NCBI GenBank assembly: GCA_017503545.1
Contig: JAFVSW010000338.1
Coordinates: forward strand, 2,805 to 66,804
DNA length: 64,000 nucleotides
Direction: 5' to 3'
Origin: Lentisphaeria bacterium
GTDB taxonomy: Bacteria > Verrucomicrobiota > Lentisphaeria > Victivallales > UBA1829
Shown piece after piece: positions 1 through 8,319 of this stretch. Position 1 is the first letter of the stretch. Each line of letters begins with the position of its first letter. The notes beneath the pieces were generated by a model. That model did no database searches. It was not told the origin of the DNA and was given only the letters and a program-made list of their open reading frames with translations. The translations under genes and the position numbers were made by a program.

Positions 1-192
1 GAAAGCAATTTCTCTGGTTGCAAATTTGATGATTTGAAATGGCTTTCGCACAATCGTATTTGACCGGGATGTCATCTTCCTGCCCGGAGGATATTTCATG
101 TTTTTGTGAAAACAGGACTGCGTTATGAAATTTCCTCCAGGCATGGATGAGACTTCCGGTCAGCAATCAACAAAAAGGTTATTAAGAAAAAA

Positions 193-2916
193 ATGAAAAA
201 GTACGTCTATCTTTTTGGTAAAGGCATGACAGATGGCAATGCCTCAATGAAAGAACTTCTCGGTGGCAAAGGTGCAAACCTGGCAGAAATGGCAAATCTG
301 GGACTTCCTGTTCCCGCAGGGTTCACAATCACAACAGAATGTTGCGTGGAATATTTCAAAAACGAAGGAAAAAATCCGGATGGTCTGGCAGAACAGATCG
401 CCGAAGCGTTGAACGCAGTTGAAAAGCACATGGGCATGATTTATGGCGATAAGGAAAATCCCCTTCTCGTCTCCTGCCGCTCCGGTGCAAGAAGTTCCAT
501 GCACGGTATGATGGAAACCGTTCTCAACGTCGGTCTTTCCTCCGCAACCATCCCCGGTCTGATCAATCGCACTAACAACGAGCGTTTTGTGTATGATGCT
601 TACCGTCGTCTCATCATGATGTACTCTGACGTTGTGATGGAAAAAGCAGAAAACATCGAACCGGCAGACGGTCAGGGTATCCGCAAACAGTTGGATGCCA
701 TTCTGGAAGAATACAAAGAATCCAAAGGTTATGCAGCCGATACAGATCTGAATGTTGACGATTTGAAATATCTCTGCGATGTCTTCAAAAAGAAAATCGT
801 GGAAGTTCTCGGCAAAGAATTCCCGGATGATGCAGTTGCCCAGTTGAACGGTGCAATCGGTGCTGTATTCAAAAGCTGGAACGGGAAAAAAGCCGTTTCT
901 TACCGCCGTATCGAAGGCATTCCGGACGATTGGGGTACTGCAGTCAACGTGCAGAGTATGATTTTCGGTAACATGGGTGACAGCTCTGCAACCGGTGTTG
1001 CCTTCACCCGTAACCCGGCGACCGGCGACAATAAGTTCTACGGTGAATGGCTGGTCAATGCCCAGGGAGAAGACGTGGTTGCCGGTACCCGTACACCGAA
1101 CCCGCTGAACGATGAAACAAAGAACGAACAGAACAAGCATCTTGCATCCATGCAGGAAATGCTCCCTGAAATTTATGCAGAACTGGTGGGAATCCGCAAT
1201 GCGTTGGAAAATCATTTCCGCGATATGCTGGATATTGAATTCACCATTCAGGAAAAGAAATTGTTCATGCTCCAGTGCCGCGTTGGAAAACGTACCGGTA
1301 CTGCCGCGCTGACAATGGCAATGTATATGCTGGAAGAAGGCAGAATCACAGAAGCAGAAGCCATCATGCGCATTTCTCCCAATCAGTTGGATGAATTGCT
1401 CCATCCCATTCTTGACCCGGCGGCAGAAAAAGCAATGGCAGCCAACAAATTTGTGGAAGGTCTCCCTGCAGGTCCCGGCGGTGCAGTCGGTAAAATCGTC
1501 TTCACCTCCGAAGATGCAGTCAAATGCCAGGAACAGAAAATCTCCTGTATTCTGGTCCGCGAAGAAACCAATCCGGAAGACGTGGAAGGTATGCGTGCCG
1601 CCAATGGTATTCTTACTGCACGCGGCGGTATGACCAGTCACGCTGCATTGGTTTGCCGCGGCTGGGGTAAATGCTGTATTGTCGGTGCCGGTGCATTGAA
1701 GATCAATGAAACTGCCAAAACCGTCATTGCTCCCAATGGCAAAGAATACAAAGAAGGCGATATCATCAGTCTCAACGGTACACGCGGTTATGCCTACGAA
1801 GGCGCAGTTGCCACTATCGACGCAAGCGAAAATCCCCGTTTCCAGAAATTCATGGCATTGTTGGATAAATACCGTTCTCTCGGTGTCCGCGCCAACGCGG
1901 ATACTCCGGCGGATGCTCTCCAGGCAGCCAAATTCGGTGCCGAAGGGATCGGCTTGTTCCGTACCGAACACATGTTCTACGGTACCGGCGCAGAAAAACC
2001 CCTGTTTGCATTGCGTAAAATGATCCTCTCCTCCACCGTGGAAGAACGTGTTGCTGCGGTCAACGAACTCTTCCCCTTCGTGAAGAAAGATATCAAAGCC
2101 ACGCTGAAAGCAATGGCAGGCAAACCGGTCACAATCCGCTTCCTCGACCCGCCGCTGCATGAATTCATCCCCCACACAAAAGAACAGCAGCAGGAATTGG
2201 CAGATTCCATCGGCATCACGTTGGAAGATCTGCAGAAACGTGCGGAAGTTCTGAAAGAAAGCAACCCGATGATGGGTCACCGCGGTGTCCGTCTCGGTAT
2301 CACCTATCCGGAAATTTCCGCCATGCAGGCACGTGCCATTCTGGAATCCGTTGTGGAACTCCGTGAAGAAGGCTTGTACTGCCCGGCAGAAATGATGATC
2401 CCGGTGGTTTGCGATCCTAACGAATTGAAACATCAGAAAGCGATCATTTCCAAAGTTGCGGAAGAAGTCAAAGCCAAATACGATGTCATGGATCTGGATT
2501 ACATGGTCGGTACCATGATCGAAATCCCCCGTGCTGCCATCCGTGCCGGTTACATCGCAGAAGAAGCGGAATTTTTCTCCTTCGGTACAAACGACCTGAC
2601 ACAGATGACATTCGGTTTCAGCCGCGACGACATCGGCGGATTCATCGGCGATTATCTGCGTAAGAGCGTTCTCGATGCAGACCCGTTCCAGACGATCGAC
2701 AAAGACGGTGTGGGCTGGCTCATCGAACATGCAGTCACCGAAGGCCGCAAGACACGTAAAAAACTCAAAGCCGGTATTTGCGGTGAACAGGGCGGCGAAC
2801 CCAAGAGCGTTGCATTCTGCCATAAAGTCGGTTTGAATTACGTCTCCTGCAGTCCGTTCCGCGTACCCATTGCCCGTCTTGCTGCTGCACAGGCAGCAAT
2901 CATGCTGGGTAAGTAA
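193..2916 (+). CDS. ppdK: pyruvate, phosphate dikinase
   Basis: 907-aa ORF with full PPDK architecture: N-terminal ATP-grasp motif GGKGANLAEM, phospho-His swivel motif GGMTSHAALVCRG, C-terminal PEP-utilising barrel (FFSFGTNDLTQMT). Confidence 0.95.
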   Translation: MKKYVYLFGKGMTDGNASMKELLGGKGANLAEMANLGLPVPAGFTITTECCVEYFKNEGKNPDGLAEQIAEALNAVEKHMGMIYGDKENPLLVSCRSGARSSMHGMMETVLNVGLSSATIPGLINRTNNERFVYDAYRRLIMMYSDVVMEKAENIEPADGQGIRKQLDAILEEYKESKGYAADTDLNVDDLKYLCDVFKKKIVEVLGKEFPDDAVAQLNGAIGAVFKSWNGKKAVSYRRIEGIPDDWGTAVNVQSMIFGNMGDSSATGVAFTRNPATGDNKFYGEWLVNAQGEDVVAGTRTPNPLNDETKNEQNKHLASMQEMLPEIYAELVGIRNALENHFRDMLDIEFTIQEKKLFMLQCRVGKRTGTAALTMAMYMLEEGRITEAEAIMRISPNQLDELLHPILDPAAEKAMAANKFVEGLPAGPGGAVGKIVFTSEDAVKCQEQKISCILVREETNPEDVEGMRAANGILTARGGMTSHAALVCRGWGKCCIVGAGALKINETAKTVIAPNGKEYKEGDIISLNGTRGYAYEGAVATIDASENPRFQKFMALLDKYRSLGVRANADTPADALQAAKFGAEGIGLFRTEHMFYGTGAEKPLFALRKMILSSTVEERVAAVNELFPFVKKDIKATLKAMAGKPVTIRFLDPPLHEFIPHTKEQQQELADSIGITLEDLQKRAEVLKESNPMMGHRGVRLGITYPEISAMQARAILESVVELREEGLYCPAEMMIPVVCDPNELKHQKAIISKVAEEVKAKYDVMDLDYMVGTMIEIPRAAIRAGYIAEEAEFFSFGTNDLTQMTFGFSRDDIGGFIGDYLRKSVLDADPFQTIDKDGVGWLIEHAVTEGRKTRKKLKAGICGEQGGEPKSVAFCHKVGLNYVSCSPFRVPIARLAAAQAAIMLGK

Positions 2917-2954
2917 TCCACTGTTATCACTGCTGAAAGGTAAGGAACACACTT

Positions 2955-4142
2955 ATGAACAAAAACAATACAATCACAGGCCGTCATATCTGGCTGATCG
3001 CCGGGGAGTCCTCCGGAGATCTCTACGGTGCCCGGATCGCGGAAGAATTACGCAAAGCGGATCCCACAGTAAAAGTTTCCGGTATGGGCGGTGTGAAGAT
3101 GAAAGAAGCCGGCGTGAATATTCTGGTGGATTCATCCGAACTGGGCGTGATTGGGATTGTGGAAGTTCTTGAAAATATTTTCAAGTTCATCAAGATCATG
3201 TTGTTCCTTACCCGGGAAGCCATCAAACAGAAACCGGATGCCGTGATCCTGATCGACTATCCCGGATTCAATATCCGCTTTGCTAAACGCATGTGGAAAG
3301 CCGGGATCCCGGTCATCTGGTATATCAGCCCGCAGGTTTGGGTATGGCGTAAATCCAACATTCCCAAATATGTAAAATATTGTAAAAAAATGATCGTCAT
3401 TTTCCCGTTCGAAGAAGAATTCTGGGCTGGTACGGGAATGGATGCCTCTTTTGCCGGTCATCCGCTGATCGATCTGGTAAAAGAACGCACAGACGCTTCC
3501 ATTGTCCGTGATCCGAAACAAGTCGTTTTGCTTCCGGGCAGCAGAAAAAGCGAAACAAGCCGTCTGCTGTATCCTTTTATGGAAACCGCTGCACTCCTCA
3601 AAGAACGGCATCCGGACTGGAAATTTACCATCTCTGCGCCGCGCCAGCGGACATGTGACGACCTTGAGAAAATGCTTGCCGCATTCAAGAAATCCAATCC
3701 TGCTTTGAATTGGCCGGAAGTGGATATCACGTGCGGTAAAACGGCATATTGGATGCAGCGTGCATCTGCCGGGCTTGCCGCCTCCGGTACCGTTACCGTG
3801 GAATCTGCCATTGCCAATCTGCCGCTGACCGTGGCATACCGGCTGAATCCGATCACATTCCTCCTTGCCCGATTGATTATACGGAAATTATACCGTGGCT
3901 TCTTTACCATGCCGGATATTATTCTGAACCGGTGTGTCTTTGAAGAATTTCTGCAATTTCAAGTCGTCCCGGAAGTCCTTGCCGACTCGGTGGAAAAGAT
4001 TATGCCCGGCGGAAAACGGTATGAAGAAGTACAACAGGGAATGGAAGATTTGCGTAATGCCTTGTCCCTGGGCCACGTGAATGCTGCCGCAAATGCCGCA
4101 CGCATTATTTTGGAAACGGTGGATAAGAATAAGAACCGCTGA
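2955..4142 (+). CDS. lpxB: lipid-A-disaccharide synthase
   Basis: 395-aa ORF starting 39 nt after ppdK. N-terminal IAGESSGDLYGA motif and LpxB-like (GT19) length and layout. Confidence 0.88.
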   Translation: MNKNNTITGRHIWLIAGESSGDLYGARIAEELRKADPTVKVSGMGGVKMKEAGVNILVDSSELGVIGIVEVLENIFKFIKIMLFLTREAIKQKPDAVILIDYPGFNIRFAKRMWKAGIPVIWYISPQVWVWRKSNIPKYVKYCKKMIVIFPFEEEFWAGTGMDASFAGHPLIDLVKERTDASIVRDPKQVVLLPGSRKSETSRLLYPFMETAALLKERHPDWKFTISAPRQRTCDDLEKMLAAFKKSNPALNWPEVDITCGKTAYWMQRASAGLAASGTVTVESAIANLPLTVAYRLNPITFLLARLIIRKLYRGFFTMPDIILNRCVFEEFLQFQVVPEVLADSVEKIMPGGKRYEEVQQGMEDLRNALSLGHVNAAANAARIILETVDKNKNR

Positions 4143-4171
4143 CAGTATTAATCCCTTTTTCAGCAATAAAA

Positions 4172-4207
4172 AACTCTGTTCTGCAAAACGGAACAGAGTT
4201 TTTTTAT
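4172..4207. terminator. bidirectional rho-independent terminator between convergent lpxB and lptF/G
   Basis: Perfect 10-bp stem AACTCTGTTC / GAACAGAGTT with a 9-nt loop. An A-run lies on the left and a T7 run on the right. Confidence 0.75.
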
Positions 4208-4213
4208 ATCCTT

Positions 4214-5518
4214 TTATCCGGCTTTGCGGATAATGAAGAACCAACCGTAAATCATAAAACAAAGAGTCGGAAGTGTTCCTGCAATCACCGGCGGAACATA
4301 ACCACCTTTCCCGGCGATCATCATGAGTTCCGTAAAGACTTGATAAATCACAACCACAGCCAAACCATTTACGATTGCAGTAAAAATACCGGACCGTTCA
4401 TTTTTCGCAGCCAGCGGCAACGCCAGGAAGGAACAGAAGAAACAGATCCAGGGGAACGCAAGACGGTAATAAAACAAGGTAGCATACACATTACGCAAGG
4501 TCTTTGCCATCTTATCGTTAGTACGCAGAATATGGAAAATCTCTGATGTCGGCAGATCCTGGGGAAGCATGATCGTTTTTTCAATCGTCTGCGGATCTTC
4601 CGGCATAATATCTTTCCCGATAAAGTAGGGTTTATCACCATTTTTCTGACGGATCGTTTTGGAGGGTAATCCATCCAGCAATTCGATTTTGGTGTATTTA
4701 TCGAAATACCAGCCTTTACCGGGAATATAATCTGCACGTTCGGCTTCCAACATCCAGTCCGGAATCTTCCGGACGGTACCATCTCCGACTTCTTCCGTAC
4801 GGAAAAATTTGACTTTTACATTACGCTGTGTTCCGCCGTGATCGAATCTGCCGAAGAACCAACTGCGCATTTTATCCGGGGTATGATATTGAAGTTTGGA
4901 ATTCAATTTTTCTTCATACTTTGCGCCTTTTTTGGCAAATTCACGGAGGAATTCCGCTTCCCGTGAACATTGCGGAATCACCGATTCATTGAACCAGTAA
5001 CTGACCAGCATCACAAGGAATGCCATAACGTAAATCATCCACCCGCAACGGAACAGAGAAATTCCGGAAGCACGCATCGCCGTGATTTCACGATGACGCC
5101 CGAAGTTTGCAATGGTATACATACAGGAAAGCAGCACAGTCATTGGAAGAATGAACTGAATATTTCCCGGCATTTTCAGAATAAAATAACGGACTCCGAC
5201 AGAAAACGCAGATTCCGAGTCCAGAAAATCGCTTAAATCGTCAAAAATATCGCCCAGCAGGAAAAGGAGTAAAAAGGCGAAAATCAAAATGGAAAACGGG
5301 ATCAGAAATTCTTTCAGAACGTAAAGATCAATACGCGGCAGCCACAAAAAAGTGCGTTGCGCATTACAACGTGCAAGGATTTTTTTCCGTTCTATCTGAT
5401 TCACTGTAGTTCCATATCTTTCAAAAAGGGTTATTATCAGAACTGCAAAGCAGAACACAACGCTTGACCGCCATGTTCTGCAATACAGATCGGACTGAGA
5501 ATTTCCCGGGCAGATCAT
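4214..5518 (-). CDS. LptF/LptG family (YjgP/YjgQ) LPS export permease
   Basis: 434-aa multi-TM ORF. RIDLYVLKEFLIPF is the typical N-terminus of LptF/G permeases, and a periplasmic beta-jellyroll-sized insert sits between TM3 and TM4. The first ~57 aa look non-native; a TTG at 5347 may be the real start. Confidence 0.78.
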   Translation of the reverse strand: MICPGNSQSDLYCRTWRSSVVFCFAVLIITLFERYGTTVNQIERKKILARCNAQRTFLWLPRIDLYVLKEFLIPFSILIFAFLLLFLLGDIFDDLSDFLDSESAFSVGVRYFILKMPGNIQFILPMTVLLSCMYTIANFGRHREITAMRASGISLFRCGWMIYVMAFLVMLVSYWFNESVIPQCSREAEFLREFAKKGAKYEEKLNSKLQYHTPDKMRSWFFGRFDHGGTQRNVKVKFFRTEEVGDGTVRKIPDWMLEAERADYIPGKGWYFDKYTKIELLDGLPSKTIRQKNGDKPYFIGKDIMPEDPQTIEKTIMLPQDLPTSEIFHILRTNDKMAKTLRNVYATLFYYRLAFPWICFFCSFLALPLAAKNERSGIFTAIVNGLAVVVIYQVFTELMMIAGKGGYVPPVIAGTLPTLCFMIYGWFFIIRKAG

Positions 5519-5567
5519 CAGTTACCCACACCGGGAAATCATCCGTTGTCGTTCAAGACTGAATCAA

Positions 5568-5735
5568 TCAGCCTCTGCGACGCTGGGTGCGACGTTTAAT
5601 TTCGCTCGGCTTTTCGTAGTGTCTTCTGTTACGAAGTTCTTTGAGCGTGCCTTCTTTGTCCAGTTTCTTTTTCAGTCTGCGGAGGGCGCGGTCAACCGGT
5701 TCGCCTTTCTTCAAACGTACTTCCGTTGCTTCCAT
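5568..5735 (-). CDS. rpsU: 30S ribosomal protein S21
   Basis: Not in the supplied ORF track (55 aa). I translated it by hand as [55 protein letters not shown], which is typical bS21. A strong SD (GGGGGTGA) lies 4-5 nt upstream of the ATG. Confidence 0.85.
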   Translation of the reverse strand: MEATEVRLKKGEPVDRALRRLKKKLDKEGTLKELRNRRHYEKPSEIKRRTQRRRG

Positions 5736-5739
5736 GTGG

Positions 5740-5795
5740 ATTCACCCCCTTTCAAACGTTGTGACAGCAGAGTAAACTCCACCATCGGGGTGAAT
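5740..5795 (-). promoter_or_regulatory. possible SD-sequestering hairpin in the rpsU leader
   Basis: ATTCACCCC (5740..5748, plus strand) and GGGGTGAAT (5787..5795) are perfect reverse complements. In the minus-strand mRNA the downstream arm contains the rpsU Shine-Dalgarno. Confidence 0.3.
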
Positions 5796-5811
5796 ATTGA
5801 TAAGGACGATC

Positions 5812-7974
5812 TTATTCATTTGCAAAACCTGCCTCATCTGCCAAAAGGGCACGGAGTTTTGTCAACGCCTGATTCTGGATCTGGCGGACACGTTCACGCG
5901 TACGGCCGATTTCCTGGCTGACTTCTTCCAATGTTTTCGGACGTTTGCCGTCAAGACCGAAACGCATCTGCAAAATCATACGTTCGCGGATATCCAATTC
6001 ACTCAACAGAGAAATCAATCTGCCGACAGATTCCACATCAGAAAGCAAACGGTCCGGTGTCATTGTACCGCGGTCCGGAATAATATCCTGAAATTCCCCG
6101 TCTTCTCCCTGCTGGATCGGGTCCTGCAAAGAGAACGTACGCAAATCTGCAAGACGCAACCCGGCAACAGTACGTTCACTGTATGCCAGATGATCTGCGA
6201 TTTCCGCATCCGTCGGTTCACGGCCAAGCTTTTCCGTCAATTTCATACGGACAGATTTAATCTTATTGATTTTACCGGCAGATTGTACCGGGATACGGAT
6301 CGTGCGGCTCTGATTGGCGAGCGCACGGCGCATGGACTGCTTGATCCACCAGGCGGCGTAAGAACTGAATTTCGCTCCTTTGCCCGGGTCAAATTTTTCC
6401 ACTGCACGCATCAAACCGATATTGCCTTCAGAAATCAAGTCCAGAAGCGGCAAACCGAGACCTTTGAAGTCATGGGCGATTTTCACCACCAGACGCAAGT
6501 TCGCTTTGATCAATGTGGTACGCGCGGCTTCGTGCGCCATATTATCTTCCCCATGAATTGCAGCAGCAAGGTCAACTTCCTGGTCTTTTGTAACCAATTC
6601 GATCTGACCGATGTCGTGCATATACACTTTCATGGTATCGTTTTTGCTGACAGTTCCCTGTTTTGCAACCACTTTTGCGTTTTTCTTGTCCAAAGACAAG
6701 TCTTTCACGCCATCCAACTCCGGAATTTCAAGATTGTCAGGAATATCTTCCAACTGATCCGGGGGTGCATTTTCTTCTTCCTGCAAACGTTCCAGTTCCG
6801 CTTTCAATTGCGCTTTGGTCTTGCGTGTCGATGTCGGCATCGGCGGCAAATCATCCATAAACGCAGAGGCAGGAGCAGGTCCAACCATATCTGCAGCGGC
6901 GGGACGTTTGGCTTTTTCCGCTTTGACCGGCTCAGCAGGAGTCGTTTTCTTTTCCTCTGCAGGTTTCGCAACAGCAGGTGCAGGTGCGGGGCCGACGACA
7001 GTTTTTTTCACAGGAGCAGCCGCTTTTGCCGGAGCTTTCTTCACGGGTTCCGCAACAGATGCTGCGGGTTCAGCCTTAACTGTTTTTGCTTTTACAACAG
7101 GCTTTGCTGCTTCAACTTTTTTTGCTTTTACAACAGGCTTTGCTGCTTCAACTTTTTTTGCCGGGGCAACCGGTTTTGCGACGGCAGGAGTTTTTTCCAC
7201 CGTTTTCTTCACCGGAGCAGTTTTTGCAGGAACAGTCTTGACTTTCTTTTCTGCGACGTCCGTTTTTGCCGGGGCAGTCGCAACTGTTTTCTTTACCGGT
7301 GCTTTTACCGGAGCTGCTTTTGCGGCGGGGACTTCCGTGTTTTTAGCCGGGGCAACCGCTTTTGCCGGAGCCTTTTTTACAGGTTCCGCTTTTTTCACAG
7401 GTTCGGCTTTTTTCACCGGGTCAACCGTTTTCTTTACGGGAGCAGCCTTAACAGGTTCTGCTTTTTTTACTGCTGCGACCTTTGCCGGAGCCTTTTTTAC
7501 AGGTTCCGCTTTGGCTGCCGGGACTTCTGCTTTTTTGGCAGATGTCTTTTTTGCCACTTCCGCTTTTGCAACGGGGGCAACTACCTTTACCGGAGTCTTT
7601 TTCGTCGGTGCTTCAGCCTTTTTTGCAGGTACGACTGGCTTTGCCGGGGCTTTTTTCACGGGTTCCGCCTTCTTCACTGCAACTTCTTTTTTTGCGACGG
7701 GGGCAGCTTTTTTGGCTTCGACCGCGCTTTTTTTCTCCACAGTCTTTGCAGTTTTTGCAGCGACAGCGGGAGTCACACTTTTCGATTGTTTTTCAGTTGT
7801 TTTTTTCGTTTTCGATGTGTTATTCAATACAGGCTCCTGTCTTTTTGACTTCAAACCGACTGCAGAAGAGGCGGATGCTGATGCTGTTTTACTTGCGGCA
7901 TTTTTATGATTTTCTTTTATCTTTGACGCATTTTTTCCCGACGTCATCTCTTTACTTTTGCCTTTCAAACTCAT
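5812..7974 (-). CDS. rpoD: RNA polymerase sigma-70 factor (RpoD-like) with a ~370-aa Lys/Ala/Pro/Val-rich N-terminal extension
   Basis: 720-aa ORF. The C-terminal ~330 aa carry regions 1.2-4 ([80 protein letters not shown]). The N-terminal part is repetitive ([12 protein letters not shown]-type). Confidence 0.9.
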   Translation of the reverse strand: MSLKGKSKEMTSGKNASKIKENHKNAASKTASASASSAVGLKSKRQEPVLNNTSKTKKTTEKQSKSVTPAVAAKTAKTVEKKSAVEAKKAAPVAKKEVAVKKAEPVKKAPAKPVVPAKKAEAPTKKTPVKVVAPVAKAEVAKKTSAKKAEVPAAKAEPVKKAPAKVAAVKKAEPVKAAPVKKTVDPVKKAEPVKKAEPVKKAPAKAVAPAKNTEVPAAKAAPVKAPVKKTVATAPAKTDVAEKKVKTVPAKTAPVKKTVEKTPAVAKPVAPAKKVEAAKPVVKAKKVEAAKPVVKAKTVKAEPAASVAEPVKKAPAKAAAPVKKTVVGPAPAPAVAKPAEEKKTTPAEPVKAEKAKRPAAADMVGPAPASAFMDDLPPMPTSTRKTKAQLKAELERLQEEENAPPDQLEDIPDNLEIPELDGVKDLSLDKKNAKVVAKQGTVSKNDTMKVYMHDIGQIELVTKDQEVDLAAAIHGEDNMAHEAARTTLIKANLRLVVKIAHDFKGLGLPLLDLISEGNIGLMRAVEKFDPGKGAKFSSYAAWWIKQSMRRALANQSRTIRIPVQSAGKINKIKSVRMKLTEKLGREPTDAEIADHLAYSERTVAGLRLADLRTFSLQDPIQQGEDGEFQDIIPDRGTMTPDRLLSDVESVGRLISLLSELDIRERMILQMRFGLDGKRPKTLEEVSQEIGRTRERVRQIQNQALTKLRALLADEAGFANE
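7083..7160. repeat. exact 36-bp tandem duplication inside the rpoD tail (encodes [12 protein letters not shown] twice)
   Basis: On the plus strand, TTTTTGCTTTTACAACAGGCTTTGCTGCTTCAACTT repeats with period 36 (gcttttacaacagg at 7088 and 7124). Confidence 0.85.
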
Positions 7975-8319
7975 CGTAAGACATCATCCTGATTTTACAG
8001 TTGCAGGTTATCCATCCAATTTTCCTGTTTCAGGGGAGATACCCCGGTACATGGAAAATTATAATCATATAAAATATAACACAAAATTTAAAAAAGTCAA
8101 GACCTTATGCCATAAAATCAAAAAAAATCACAAGGTTTTTTCATAAATTTGCAATTTTAAGGCAAAAAAAAGTCATTCCCGATAAATAACCGGATTATTA
8201 AAACCCGATGTTCTCAAAACCGGAATACTGGTTCTTGCGCATGTTGTTCCCCCTTATTAAAGATCTCTCCGGGGCGATACCGTGCGGCGTTGTCTGTTAT
8301 ATGTGTCAGAACTGTACCG

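Noticed and set aside
244-2952. 902-aa stop-free ORF antisense to ppdK
   Set aside because: It is fully nested opposite a highly conserved gene, and its product is Cys/Phe/His/Thr-rich with no motif. It is a shadow ORF caused by the sense-strand codon bias. The same holds for 16019..17275, 17516..18367, 20320..22480, 29843..30889, 32830..34098, 36580..37416, 43408..44481, 45553..48387, 49830..51284 and 52649..53908.
5797-7909. 683-aa and 364-aa plus-strand ORFs overlapping rpoD
   Set aside because: They are products of the low-complexity repeat region read in other frames (poly F/C/R or A/G/F/T). The minus-strand frame ends in an unmistakable sigma-70 core.
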